NCBI GenBank assembly: GCA_034520965.1
Contig: JAXHMY010000002.1
Span: 448,001-512,000, forward strand
DNA length: 64,000 nucleotides
Source: Spirochaetia bacterium
GTDB taxonomy: Bacteria > Spirochaetota > Spirochaetia > DSM-16054 > Sediminispirochaetaceae
Reading direction: 5' to 3'
The notes under the pieces are model-generated. The model saw nothing but the letters and a program-made list of their open reading frames with translations, searched no databases and had not been told where the DNA came from. Position 1 is the stretch's first letter. Each line of letters opens with the position of its first letter. The translations under genes and the position numbers were made by a program. Positions 1 to 13,200 of the stretch are shown here, one piece after another.

Positions 1-213
1 GAGCACAGTGCAGGCTGTTGCTTCGGCAATAGTCTTCTTTCAGTTTTTCAATTTCTACCGGCTTTTCAGCCAGCTGTCCGTTAAAAAAGGGACAGTTCTC
101 TATAAATTCACACTCAGCCATAAACTCATTATCCTTCTAAATTACACGTATAACACGCAGGGAGTGAGTATATATAAAAACAGATATCCCTTCAAGGAGC
201 GCAATAGGAGAGC

Positions 214-249
214 AAAAAAAGGCCGCCCCTAGGGCAGCCTTCTTATTTG
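214..249 (-). terminator. Probable intrinsic terminator downstream of slyD
   Basis: Hairpin aaggccgccc/gggcagcctt next to an A-tract (U-tract on the minus strand). Confidence 0.6.
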
Positions 250-272
250 ATAACGAAATTTCATAATGAAAC

Positions 273-738
273 TTAGTGTACATGACCGTGATCGAGCTCT
301 TCTTTGGTGGGTTCGCGCACATCGGACACGGCTACATCAAAATGGAGAGTTTGGCCGGCCAACGGATGGTTTGCATCCAAAGTGACTTTTTCTTCGCCAA
401 TTGATTTAATGGTAAAAATCTGTACCTGTCCATCGTTATTTTGCGCCTGAACCTGCATTCCCTCTTGAATTTGGGACGCATCCTGGAACTGTTCTTTCCC
501 TACTTCAAACATCAGTGATTCGTCATATTCACCGTAGCCCTCTTTCGGCTCAACGGTCACGGCAAGTTCTTCGCCCTGCTCTTTCCCTTCCAGAGCATTT
601 TCTAAGCCCGGAATGATGTTTCCGCTTCCGTGAATGAAAGCAAGCGGTTCGCGGTCTTAGAGAAGTATCAAGCACCTCTCCAGCATCGTCTTTTAAAGTA
701 TAATCAATACTTACAACCTTTTCGTTCTCAATTTTCAT
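273..738 (-). CDS. slyD: FKBP-type peptidyl-prolyl isomerase SlyD (one frameshift near 650)
   Basis: ORFs 550..738 (MKIENEKVVSIDYTLKDDAGEVLDTS) and 273..560 (DANHPLAGQTLHFDV...EELDHGHVH) together give a typical SlyD. Confidence 0.92.
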
Positions 739-893
739 ATTTTCCCCTAGGTAAATTTCTACATCAATAAACTCTTCAACAATTATCCTTTATGGTGATC
801 TGCATAGAGATTGGCTGTGAAGAAAAGATATCAATGATCTCCTATTAAACTACTAAAAAAAAAGCTTATCGAAAAGGGGGGTGCGGGAAAAAG

Positions 894-1275
894 TTAATCA
901 CACCCCGGTTTTTCTATCTTATCTGAATCTACCAGGATAATCAGCTGTTCCGGCAGGCCGTTTAACAAGTTCTGGGGCAGATGGAACCCATAATTGTTGG
1001 ACAGTTCAATGATAAACGACAGATGATCATAATCCCAGTTATGGAACTCATCGCGCTCGCATGAGGCCGTCAGGGTAAGAATTAGCTCGGCACATACCGC
1101 CCCAAGCTCCTCCGCCTCGAATTGCTCGTCGGCTTCACTAAACAAGAGCTTCGCCGTCATACCCCTCCGGCAGATCTTCGAGAAAGGTAGATTTCAACCG
1201 GTCGATACTATTTTCATCGCCATCAGCAGCAATACTGCGATAATCTTCAATTAAAGTTATATCAAATTTTCCCAT
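894..1275 (-). CDS. Hypothetical acidic protein (frameshifted)
   Basis: MGKFDITLIEDY... follows an RBS (ggaga) and continues into ORF 894..1160. Confidence 0.55.
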
Positions 1276-1398
1276 TTTTGCTCTCCCTTCAGGATTTAAG
1301 ATAGTTTTAACATAGTAATACAGAAAGAGAAGGTCAAATTTATAATGTTGTATTGCGCCTGTATTGCCCAAGTAAGCCAAGATATGGTACTTAGAATT

Positions 1399-2800
1399 AT
1401 GCAGCCCCAAATTCAGGAACAAGAGCACCCAAGAACCACCATAGCCGCAATCCTTACCGCCGTATTCCTGTTAGGGGCCGGTTCTGCCCTGCAGGGAACC
1501 GCCGTTGCACTGCGCGGGAATATAGAGGGCTTCGCCAGCCAGATGATAGGAATAATCATCTCCTCCTATTTTATCGGTTTTATAATCGGTTCGATTCTGG
1601 TAGTCAGCTTTATCCGCTTTGTAGGGTACGTTCGTACCTTTGCCGCCTTTGCATCTCTGGCTTCAGCTGCCTCCCTGGCCCACTTAATTGTAATTGACCC
1701 TATTGCCTGGATTCTCTTCCGCAGCCTGTACGGCATATTTATCGCCGGAATGCTGGTAATTGTTGAAAGCTGGCTGAACTCTTCCACCTCTACCTATAAC
1801 CGCGGCCGCATCCTTGGCCTGTACAGCCTGGTATATCTGGCGGCCATGGGTGCCGGACAACCACTGATAGCCGTATGGCCTCCGGCGGGTTTTGAACTGT
1901 TTGCAGTAACCAGCATTCTGGTGTCCCTTTCTCTGGTCCCCCTGGCCCTAGCACAGGTTTCCGGGGTACCCCAGGTCGATCGAACCCCCTTCCGCCCCAT
2001 TAAAACTTTTGCAAAGTCGCCTATGGCCGGCTTTGGAGTAATTCTGAGCGGCATGAGTGCCGAAGCCATGTGGGGAATGGCTCCGCTGTTCGGATACAAC
2101 TCGGGCTTTAGTGAAAGCGGAATCGGAACCCTCATGCTCTCCCTGTCCGTAGGTGCCCTAGCCTCTCAATGGCCCTTGGGCTGGATCTCCGACCGCAGCG
2201 ACCGCCGTATCACCATCCTGGCGGGAGCCGGCCTCAGCGCCGCTGCTGCGGGGGGCATTGCGTTAGTCGGTGCAGCCGGTATGCCCCTGTACGTGCTGAC
2301 CTTTCTGTTCGGAGCTTTCTGCATGCCCCTGTATTCGCTCTCCATCGCCCTGTTGAACGACCAACTCACTCACAGCGAAATGGTACACGCCGCCAGCGCC
2401 TTAGTGGTTTTCTATGGAATTGGTTCGGCCGCCGGCCCCTACGGAGCCAGTGTGTGCATGGGCCTGTTCGGACCGCAACGGTCTGTTTCTGTTTATCGGA
2501 GTCGTACTGGCCGCATTTGTAATCTTGAGCCTCTCCCGTCTTATGCTCGTCCCCTTCCTCCCCCGCCGTCACCAGGAGCATTATCATCCCTATCCGCGTA
2601 CCACCTTTGCCGCCTTCTTCCTGGTACGCCGCCGGGGAGAACGGCGCGAGGTACAGCGAGAAGAAAAGCGGGAGCTCCGCAGTCAAAGCAGGCGCAGGAG
2701 CCGGCGAGCGAACCTTCGCCGGACAGATGAAACAAAGACTTCCGACGAGCACAAAACACATGATGCCCACAAAGAACCTTCCAACGACCTCGAAGAATAG
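1399..2800 (+). CDS. MFS transporter, YcaD-like (frameshift near 2480)
   Basis: About 12 TM segments; ESWLN...NRGRILGLY and QWPLGWISDRSDRR motifs. Confidence 0.9.
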
Positions 2801-2886
2801 AATCAACATACTTGCTTCATATTTCCTTCACATCTTTGCCCTATGTTTGTTTTGTAACATAAAACAAGCTTCAAGGAGGCATTAAT

Positions 2887-3465
2887 ATGAAGCGTTCAAT
2901 TATTTTAACAGTTTTGATGGTGAGTTTGGCAGCAGCCGCTATGCCGCTGATGGCCGAAGGTATGCAGGAACAGGCCGAACCGGTACAACCCGGTACTCGA
3001 CCCTACGGATGGTCCAACAACCCCGAGGCACAGTCGCAACAGGTGGAACAACTGGAGGTCAGCGGTACAGTTGAGTTTACCGCCGGACATACCCGCCTGC
3101 ACAGCAGCGACGGCGAAGTATACGAGCTGATGTATCCGATGTTCCTGGCCGAAGATCTGCAGGTCGAAAACGGCCAGACCATCAGCGTCGAAGGATTCCT
3201 TATTCCCGGCACCCGCTGGAGCAGCGATGAGGATGAGCAGTACCTGCGGCTTGAGAAAGTAACGGTAGATGGCCGGGAGTACGAGCTTGGTACCGGAGGC
3301 TATGCATGGAACCGGGGGAACCACGGCCCGGGTATGATGGGCGGCTCTGCGTACGGCAGAGGTCCCGGTATGATGGGCGGAGGTCGAGCACCTCGAGGCA
3401 GTTACGGAGGCGGCTACCAACAGCCGGGCGGACAGCCCGGCTACGGCTGGAAGCGCAGCAACTAA
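2887..3465 (+). CDS. Secreted hypothetical protein with Gly/Met-rich C-terminus
   Basis: RBS aggagg, signal peptide, GPGMMGG repeats. Confidence 0.8.
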   Translation: MKRSIILTVLMVSLAAAAMPLMAEGMQEQAEPVQPGTRPYGWSNNPEAQSQQVEQLEVSGTVEFTAGHTRLHSSDGEVYELMYPMFLAEDLQVENGQTISVEGFLIPGTRWSSDEDEQYLRLEKVTVDGREYELGTGGYAWNRGNHGPGMMGGSAYGRGPGMMGGGRAPRGSYGGGYQQPGGQPGYGWKRSN

Positions 3466-3498
3466 CACTCCTCTTTGCGTATATCGCGTATATCTCTT

Positions 3499-3532
3499 GG
3501 GAGCCTTCAAGTTGGAGGCTCCCTTTTTTTTT
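3499..3532 (+). terminator. Intrinsic terminator
   Basis: gggagccttc-aagtt-ggaggctccc followed by a T-run. Confidence 0.8.
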
Positions 3533-4578
3533 AGATGTCGACCCGGCCGCTCTCCTTAAAGCGCCGCATGATCTGCAGCGACTGGTCGGCATAGCGCCGG
3601 GCACCCTGCGGGTCGCTGCGCCGGCGGCTCACCGAAATCACGATGTACTTCTGATGCTCGTACAGCAGATAAAACAGCCGGCGAACCTCAGCGGACCGAT
3701 CCCGCCGGAAATCCGGCTGCCCGTAACCGCGCCAAAACTCCTCGCGGGTCATGCCGCAGTAATCGGCAATTGCCAGATCCACTCTGTGTCGCCCCAGCAG
3801 GCCCGGTCGAAATCCAACAGCGCGGTAAGCTCGCCGTCGGCGGTGGTCAGGATATTTTCGACCCACAGGTCGCCGTGACGCAGCTGTGAAACCCCGGCAT
3901 GTTCAAACACCGGGGCGTGCGAGTGCAGCAGCGACAGGGCCCAGTCGGCGGTTTTTTGGTCGTAGAGTCCCGTTGCTACAATACCGTCGAGGAGGCGCCG
4001 GTACATCTCGAAAAAGGCCGACTGCCAGTCCGGCTGCGGCGGCATGCAGTTATGGGCTCCCACATAGCCGAATCGGTTCTGCGGCTCCCGCAGCCGGTGC
4101 AGCTGGGCCCATCCCGCCCAGCTCTTCCATCGCCCGGGCAAAAGCCTGCGGGCCTGATCCTGGTCAGCGGCCGGCCGGGCATCAGCTCCATCACCAGAAA
4201 ATCGCGGTCTATTTTACGGCGGGAAAATCGTGGGCCAGAATTCCTGGGCACCGGAACATCGGTTTCTTCCAGCACCCGGCGGTGGATCTCCGGCTCCTGC
4301 CGCATCATCCGGTACTCGTAAAACAGCTGCAGCAGCGAATCCGGCGGGGCTATCCGCAGAACAAAGCTGCCGGTGTTGCTGCCGCGGTTATCGTTGCGGG
4401 TGGTGCGACTGTCGGTCGGGCCGGCCGCCGGTGCAGAGCCCTGCGCCGGTGCGGAAGCCCCCGGGGCTTCGATACGAAAACTGTCGGAAAAACGTCCATA
4501 ACCCATGGGCGTGACGCTGCGGGGTTCGACTTCCATGGCGTGGGTAAATAGTTCGGCGGCGGTGTGTTCATCCATCAT
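3531..4578 (-). CDS. Aminoglycoside phosphotransferase (APH)/choline kinase-like protein (frameshifted)
   Basis: FVLRIAPP, HGDLWVENIL and LLDFDRACWGD motifs across ORFs 3976..4578, 3749..4141 and 3531..3866. Confidence 0.85.
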
Positions 4579-4784
4579 CCTAATAGTACCACATCCGGGC
4601 GGAAAGGCTCAAATCCCCTGCAGAGATCCACAATATGAGTTATATCGGTACAACGCTGCTCGATATTCGCCCAGATATACTTCAGCTGCGGCATTAGCCC
4701 CAAACTCAAGCTAAACCCGCTGTACGGACACCAGTCAAATTCTTTCGTTCTGCGCTTCTTCTACTACCACCTTGTAGATGATTA

Positions 4785-6298
4785 TTACTGTAAATCCTCC
4801 GCCCTTTGCAGATATTCCTCTGCCAGTTCATCCCTGCCCTGATCTCGGGCGGCCCCAGCAGCAGCCTGCAGCAACTGCGGATTATAGCGGTCCCTGAGGA
4901 GCCTGTGTTCCAGCAGGTCAAGATACTCATTCTTATTATTTTTCATTTCATACAGCTGTTCTAAATACTTGTATACCTCCGGATCCTCCGGTGCAAGGTC
5001 GAGGGCCCTCCGAAGGGAAAGAAGGGCCCGGTCAAAGCGCTGCAGGGCCATGTAAGATCTGCCGATGCCCAGATGAGCATCTGAGTTAAAGGGAAATTTT
5101 TGTGCCAGGTCCTGCCACTCTTTTAAAGCTGCATCTATTAAGTCTGTTCCGAAGTAATATTCAGCAAGGTGCGAACAAATTTCTACCGAAATTCGGGTAC
5201 CACCGGCTTAACTGCTCAAGATCATGCTGCAGTTCATCATCATTATCATACAACTCAGGTAAAAGGTCCAAGGAATCTTTTATTATTTGTCGCGGTTTTT
5301 CGGCACTCCGGGACAACTCGCGCAGCCGCTCTATACGCTCGGCCTCTTCCTCTGCACTCCGCTGCTCACCGGAAACCTCCGGAGAGAGGGGGCCTTCACT
5401 CCCGGTAGAACTCTTCTGAGACTGCAGTTGCCCGGCAGCTTCCATTTGGTAATGACTGTATAAATGCACCGCCTTCCCGATAGCCTCCCGTAAAAGGGAG
5501 CGAGCCCTCTCTTTTTCTCCCTGCCGAGAAGCTTTTTTTCCAAGAAGAAAAAAGGCCATGGGGTATTGAGTGTCAAGTTCGACCGCCCTCTGCAGATAAG
5601 GAAGGGCTTTGCTTCTTCATCCTGTTCCCAGAGCAATACTCCCAAACCTGCATAGGTATCGGGGTAGTTGGGATACAGGTCGATAAACCGCTGGTACACC
5701 TCTTTCAGTCTACGCATATCGGGGGTTTGCTTTAGGGCCGCTATTCGGGCAACCAGTTACCTCACGATTACCGGGCTGAATACTGTCGGCACGGCCAAGG
5801 AAATCTGCCGCTTTCGCGTACTCATGTGCCCTTAGATGCTGCAGAGCTTGAGCATACACCGCATGGACCATTCCGGATTGAGGAGCGGACTGACGGGGGT
5901 AAAGATCCCGTGCCCGCTGAAACACTTTCTCGGCTGAAGTATACTCTTCTTTGATCATCAACAGGTTACCCTTCGCGATAAGCAAAAGATACCCTCCGGA
6001 TCGAGCCGTTCAGAAATAGCAAGCGCCCCTTCTGCAGCAGAGATATTCTCCATCTGCAGATAACACAGAGCCAAAAACGAGAGCCCCGCGGGGGTTATGT
6101 GCCCTGAATCCCGTCTCTCCTCAAGCATCTTGGCGGCACGGGAATACTCACCCCCTGATAATACTGTTCTATTTGCTCAAGTTCCGTCGGCCCGGCATGT
6201 TGGGACCACACATGTTGGGGAAAAGCGCATATCAGAATAACCAGCACACTTCCGATCAATAGAAACAGAGAGCTTGATTTAGAACCCGGATATGTCAA
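4785..6298 (-). CDS. Exported tetratricopeptide-repeat protein (frameshifted)
   Basis: N-terminal hydrophobic segment; TPR helices such as ALDLAPEDPEVYKYL and YPNYPDTYAGLGVLL across five ORF pieces. Confidence 0.75.
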
Positions 6299-6375
6299 AA
6301 CTCATAATGAAGAAGAGGCAGAGAAGATGAAGGGTGTTTCCGTAGGTAATCGACTCAGCATACCGATAGCTCAAT

Positions 6376-8214
6376 TTAGAAATAAGGTCCAGCCTCTCCA
6401 GCATAGGTATCTCTAAGCTGCATCAACTTGATGCTGTACCCCTGAAGCCGTGGCCCACTAAATAATCCGTCTTCAGCATAAACGGCAAAGGAGTGCCTAA
6501 CAGAGGAAAAACCGGTGCGATGAAGAAACGCAAAACCTTCTTTTGCAGCGTCCTTATAAAAATCCACCCATTCCAGAAATAAAATTGTACTGCATCCGCA
6601 TCTGGCGGGAAAAAGGCAGCGCCACCGTAGCTGTTGTCTTTGAAATCTTATCTTTTCCTTTTGAAGTCCCCTCGGAGGTATCCTCTGAGATATCCTGCAG
6701 CTCAAAGGCTTCATTTACGAGACTTGGCTGCACATTTTTTATAATAGGCCGTAGTTTAACGCCCCGGAGGCAGCATAAGTTTTTTTAGTTGCTTCTTCCT
6801 TTTCGTAATACACATAACTGCCTGCAAGATTGTAGGAAAACTCCTCTACCGGGGTATGAACAAAGCTGCTATTTCCTCTATGTTCCCAGATTTGTCCTTC
6901 GGACTTTTTATGGTAACCCTTATAACCAGCGCTCAAGCTGCCTGTATCAAAGGGAACAACACCTACTTCGGTTCCCCACTTCTCTTTTTCCACTGTTCCA
7001 CTGCTTTCCGATTCGTTCAATAAATACTGACCATACAGGGAAGCTTCCCTAACAGGCCTTCCTTCCCGCCGCAATGCAGTACCTGCTGAAAGGTCATGCC
7101 CCAGTTCCCCTTCGAGTTTTCGGGAAATTTCATATCCCAGGGTCGAAGTGAGGGTATCCGGATAAATTAGAGAAGCGGAGGATATTCCCTTCCACACGGA
7201 GGTATGTGAAAGAGAGTTGTCACTGAAATCCGGGGCACTTCGCCAGGCATCCTTCCGCGCGGCCTTAATTTGCACCTCAAATTCTTCTTCCTTCGAAAAG
7301 AGAAGGCCTACATCATTCTCTACAGACCTTTCTTCACTACGATTCTCGGTAAGCTCATACTCTGTAAAGAGAAACGCCGGAGAAGAACTTCCGATTACCG
7401 AAATGACCCCGCTTATCGGTACATTCACTCCAAATGTCCCGTTATAACCGTGGCTCGTAATCTCATCCGCAAGGTTCTTTTTAATACTCGCGGCACCGTT
7501 AAAATCTAAACTGCCCTCTCCAATGTACATGGTTGAGGCCATTTTAATAAGGTGGCTCTCTTTCTTTACCGGCCCGGAATCAGTGGCAGGCTCAGTGACA
7601 GTCTCAGCTTCAGTCTCCTCGGCGGAGGGATCCTCCTCATCTTCTTTAGTTCTTTATCCGACTGCCGCCAGGTCGATTTGTAGTCCAGGGACATGGGTAT
7701 CCGACTCTGTTCAGGGGTACTGAAATGGAAACCGACTGTACCGGTAGTGTTGAAAGTAGTTCCCTCTGCGGTTAAAAGTTCCTTTTCCTTATACCCCCTG
7801 ACAGTCGCATGTTCAGCTTGGGTGTGGCAAAAAGCAGATTCCCATTGTAATTTTGGTCGAATCGGTCGATTGAATCTTCGCGAAAGGCCTTAGCGGAGGC
7901 TTCAAATATACCGGCCTGTCCAACATAGCTGCTAAACTTCATCTGAGAATCGCTTGTCCAGTTTTCTATTGATACGGAGTCGGTATCTCCCCCTCCATAC
8001 CCTCCAAAGATAACACGGCCGCTCAATTCGGGACTAATGTCCCGGCAACCTTTTGGACGGCTTTTTCAGGTAAAACCTTTGCAGAATCCTTCCATTCGGC
8101 TTCAGCCTTGTGCTCTCCACTTTCCGGAAGGCTACGCACAATAGTTACTTCAGCAGTCAGGGCGATGACAAGTAAGCCCATAAAAAGGGCGGCAGAAACC
8201 AGGTAAAGCTTCAT
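6376..8214 (-). CDS. Probable outer-membrane beta-barrel protein (frameshifted)
   Basis: Signal peptide MKLYLVSAALFMGLLVIALTA; alternating amphipathic strands rich in Y/F/G/S (FSYNLAGSYVYY, GSLSAGYKGY); last piece ends in Phe. The join is inferred. Confidence 0.5.
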
Positions 8215-10213
8215 TCTGTTTCCCCCTCAGGCTGATAACGCAGACGGGCAGGGTCGCCTTCATTTCCCGATGTATCTACAGCGGAAATTTCATACACCGC
8301 CCCGTCAATAACAGCTTTATCTACAAATTGCCTCTGAGAACTAATTCCTCGGTAAGAAGTTTCTGTTTTGCCTTTGGGTAGGGGGCGCGATACACCCGGT
8401 AGCCCGCCAGGTCGGTATCCTCGGGGGCCTCCCATCGAATAAGGAGTGTTTTGCCCTGGCGCCGGAATTGAAGGGATGCGGGAGGTGCCGGGGCGGTGAT
8501 ATCAACCGGTACTATGCGTTTTTTTGGGAGGCTTCGCCGGCATTTTTTGAGGTATCCACCTCCACTATGGAGTACTCGGTTGGGGACCCCCCGCTCAACA
8601 TCTTCATCAAGATATCTGTACTTCCGCATCCAACTCGGCAATAATCTGTGGTCCTTTTCCCGGTCCCGCAGTCTAGGGTTGTCTGGATATTGAGGTCCTC
8701 TGAAAGGGTGGGCTGCCACCTCAACCGGACCCCTCCTTCCCGCGTGGGCCCGACGGAAAAAGAGAATACCCTGCCCGGCGGTTCCAGATCGGGAATAGTA
8801 ATTTCGATCGCCTCCCGCGGACTTTCATTACCCGATGTATCCACCGCCGCCACTTCATAAGTATACACCGCCCCCGAATTGAGTCCCTTTTCGCGAAATC
8901 CCTGGTCACGGTACTCGGGTCTTTTATCCGGCTTATCCGGCCCTATCGGCTTTGGAGTGAGGCGAAAAAGCCCTCCCCGGATTTTTGGCGATACACTACA
9001 TATCCGGCCAGATCGTTCTCCTGCGAGGGGACCATTTAAGTTCCACCGTACGCGAGGGAGCATCCACCTGCCACTCCAGGCCGGCTATCCCGGCGGGCGG
9101 CTCAGTATCTATCGGGATGATAGTTGAGGCTCCGCAGCGGGGGCTCTCGTTCCCGCCTCGTCAACTGCGGAGACGGAATAAAACCACGCCGTGCCGCGCT
9201 GCATTTCAGAATCCAGATATTGGAGATTACCTCGAGGGTATCGGCCTTTGATTCAACTGTGTGTAGTCGCCCCCTACTTCATCACTTCTGTACACATTAT
9301 AATGGGACACATCCCCGTCGGGTGAGATGTTCCAAAGCAGCACTACTCCCCCATCCTGATCAAGGGTTTTAAGCCCCATTGGTACCAGGGGCGCCCGGGT
9401 GTCTTTAAGGGTGACCGGGTCGGCGTACACCGGCTCGCTTACCCTTCCCGCCAAATCCACCGCCTGCACGCCGTACACATACTCAAGGCTCGTTTCTACT
9501 TCGTTATCTATATAGCTGAAATACCCCTCTATTCGCAGTACCGGGGCCCTGTTTATTCGCTGCGGCCTTTCTCCGGGCTGTGAACGGGTAGACATGAAAC
9601 CCTACCGTGAGGTCCGAGGAGCGCCCTCGATACTTTTTGTACTCCCATTTAATTTCACATCTCCCCTCCTCCGCTGCGGCAACAACTTTATTAGGGGGAG
9701 GGACATCCGCACCGGAACGCACCGTTCGACATCCCGCGTGATTGTATCCAGTTCATTTTCCTGCCGATCGATAAAAACAATTCTATAGCTGTATTTGCTT
9801 CCCTCTGTAACACTGCGGTCAATCAGGGTCCTGCCAAGGCCATTCTCAACCCCGGACTTATCAGGGAGAGGGCCTGGGCCATCTCTCTGTTTACCCTTAT
9901 CTTACGCCATACCAGCAGGATCGCTGGTTCCAATTACCGGCAATCCAATCGGCATCGCTTCCCATCAATTCATATGCGATGTGAGGGTCCTGTACCGGTA
10001 CCACCGGTGCAACAGTGAGGGGAGGAACCCCTCGTACCTCCGGCCCCTTCCGGTAAGGCTTAAAACCATAGCTGCCCTCGGGGACCTGTTCGAGAATAAT
10101 CTGTACTTGCTCCTCATCAGGGACCAAATGAAAGGCCGGGGTCGTGCTGTGCCGAGACTGAGACGGGGACCACACACAATAAAAACCAAAACAGCGATAT
10201 TCGCAGGAGACAA
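8211..10213 (-). CDS. Exported fibronectin type III repeat protein (frameshifted)
   Basis: Repeated FN3 motifs: YVYGVQAVDLAGRVS, YTYEVAAVDTSGNES, LLWNISPDGDVSHYNVYRS, WEAPEDTDLAGYRVYR. Confidence 0.8.
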
Positions 10214-10290
10214 TGGTGGTTTTTCAAGGCGCCTCCCCCAAGGTTTCGCCGCTCCCCAAGGTTTGCCGCGTCTGGCTACAAGCCCATTAT

Positions 10291-13200
10291 CTACCCTGCC
10301 TGGTCTGAGGCTCGGGCACCTGCCAAATACCGACGGGGGCGCTTAGCCCTGCCCCGTTCGTTACCTCGAAGCGGATCAGAAGGAGGAAATACTCCGGATC
10401 CGCCGCCCCCTGTGTCTGCTGTCTGTCCAGCCGGGAATAGGGTCATTACCAGGGTCCGGCTGCAACTCCTGGGGTGAAGCCCTGGGAGGGAGGGTAGTTT
10501 CCACGCACCGCCGTCTACTACCTGGGCAGGAGCCATAGCCAGTCCGCCACCCACGGTAGAGGTATACCGATATGCAACAATACCTGATTCCGGGTCTTCC
10601 GCTTTAATGCGCAGGGACACACGTCCCCTAGTTTCATCAATAGATACAAGCTGTAACTTTTTATTTATCGGAGGGGAAGTATCTGTTGTCAGCGGGCCGC
10701 TTGCCAGGCGGGAGTCTGCATCCCCGTGCCGTTCACAGCTCTTACCCGGAGATGGTCGGACTCTCCCTCTTCAAGCCCGAGGTCGTTGAACTCAACAAGA
10801 TAATCAGATTCGAGGCGGCCCTTTTCCATTACACGCTCTTCCAGCACATCTCGGCCTGATTTGCCCGCCGGAGCAAGGACTCCCGCGGGGCTATCCGGTG
10901 TGGTATTGCCCGGGGAGCTGCCTTTTGCTCCTACAAGGTACGCAGACTCTTTAAGGGTAACATTTTTCCACCACATGGTATCGGCGCTCTCCGGGCTGGT
11001 GCCGATAGCGTATTGATATGCTACCATCCCCGACTCTTCGTCATGGGATCTGCTCCAGCCGAGGGTGACGGAATCCGGGTTGGATGCGAATAGCGCTCAG
11101 GCTGGATGCTTACTTCGAAGACCTTCCGGCGGGGATGAATCGCTAAAACTGACGGTGGCGGATGCAACTGCCTCGGAGGCGTTGTATGCACGGTTTGTGC
11201 CCCTTACGGTAAGGTAGACCTCCTGCCCCTCCTGCACAGGCAGCTGAACAATTTTAAGAGAGCGGGTGCCTGCTTGGCTGCCGGCTCCCCCTTCATCGCC
11301 GATGTCCGTCCACTCCCAGAGATCAGACTCTCCGCCGCTTGTTCCGAGGGCAAAAGAAGTAACTGCTATACCCGACTCTGGATCTTCGGGGGAAGTAAAG
11401 GAAAAATGAAAAGAGTTGGGGTGTGCATCAATGCTTTGCTGCTCAAAGCTTTCAATTTCCGCCTTTTCGGGAGCAGTGGTATCTATCATTATAGGCCCGG
11501 AGGAGCCGATCTTCTGCAAGCCTACACCATTGGTCGCCCGTACCATTACCACATACCGCTCTCCGTGCTGCAGTTCGAGACCCCGTATGTTCTCCATTAT
11601 CTGTCAAGAAACGCCCGGCATATATTCCAATCACCGCTTGAAACCTGAGGCTGTAAGGCTCCTGCAACCTCGGTAGAAAGGCCCCCCGTTTCTACCTGCT
11701 TACGCGGCCCGGCGTTTCCACCCGGAAATCGACACTGGAGGAAGACGGTGAGGAAGTACTGTCAGCGCCGGATTCGCTATCCTGATATGGAACTACCGCA
11801 TACTCGTAGCGCTGAATGCCGGAGTCCATGTCGGAAGAGGACCATTGGGCATACAGGCTGGAACTGCGGCTGGAGAATTCTCCCTCCGTAGTAACGATCG
11901 GCCTGGCCGGCGGGTTGCGTCGCTGGCATCGATGGAGCTTTGATAAGGACCTGTGTCGGCGGCGGGATCGAAGTAATCGAGGCTAAACCGGCCCGGCATC
12001 GCGAGTATACTTGTCCCTCCTGCACCCCCTCGCGCGAATTGACGGCGGGCATCCACTCCCGGTTCGAATGTGCTTGATAAGAGAGGTGTCCCTAAACTCC
12101 TCGGCATCTCCGATTGATAGCCATGGAATAAACATCTGAACAGAAATCGGCTGAAGAATCAGCCCTCCTCCAAAGAGGTTTCCAAACAGACCTCCCCCTG
12201 AATCAACTTCTTCGGAATCATCCCCGACCTCGCTTAGCTTCTTTTCAGTTGCTTTCGACATCCCGGGCTGGAATTAGAAAATTGCTCTGCGGGGTTGATA
12301 CCCGAAGACTCGGTGTCTTCTTGAGGTCTGTTCCTCCGCTGCTTGTATCCGCCAGCTGTATTCCACCACGCCGACAGGATGGCGGCCCTCAGAACTCGGC
12401 GGTTAGGGCTGCGCTGTGCTTGATCATCACTTGTTATATCCCCCTGGTAGTTTTGGAATTGCGGTTCTCACCGGTCTACGGGAGGATCTCCTCCTGTTTT
12501 AGTTCAAAGTAACTCTGCACCGGCACCCACTTCTTCCTCACCGCGCCTTTTCAGAGGAGAATGCAGTCTCGGCCTGCTGCACTCTCTGCGAGCTTGTCTG
12601 CCGGGGAGTAAATATGGACTGTGCCCCGCCGGTACTTTCACCGCCGGAACTTCCTCCGCCGCCGAAAAAGCCCGCCCCCGCTGGAACCGGCCGATTCTCC
12701 GAAAAAGCCTATTTGGCTGTTCGAAAGGATACTTGAATCACTATTTGTGCTTACCGTACTGTCCCTATACACCGCCTGGCGTGCTTGTAGTCTGAGCGGC
12801 CTGGGGAGTGCGGAAATTGCAACACCCAGCTCTGCGGCGGCACCGAAGCCGGCGGCGTTTCCGTTGTCGAAGACCGGAATTTCTCCATTCCCATACCGTG
12901 AAAGCTGAGTCGTATATTCTCATGGAGCAGGGCGTGCCAGGGAGTCCGCTTTACGTTCGTACAGCTGTTCAATGGCAGCACACTCACCTCCGCCCAGGTG
13001 CTCCGAAAGGAATCCAGAGACTTGAGCCGAAGGTCTCGGAAAGGAGGTCCAAGCGCTCCTGCGCCGCGTTTTCCAGCGCCGAAAAACCGAAGGTCGGAAT
13101 ATCCACCCAGATATTCTTCCCGCGCAACACAAACACCTGAGCATCAGTTAAATCTTCCGAGGGCTCTTCGGGATCTCCTCGCCGCAGGAGGACACCAGCG

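Noticed and set aside
10232..10270. Short duplication ctcccc(c)aaggttt(c)gccg x2
   Set aside because: Only two copies in an error-rich intergenic stretch; too little to interpret.
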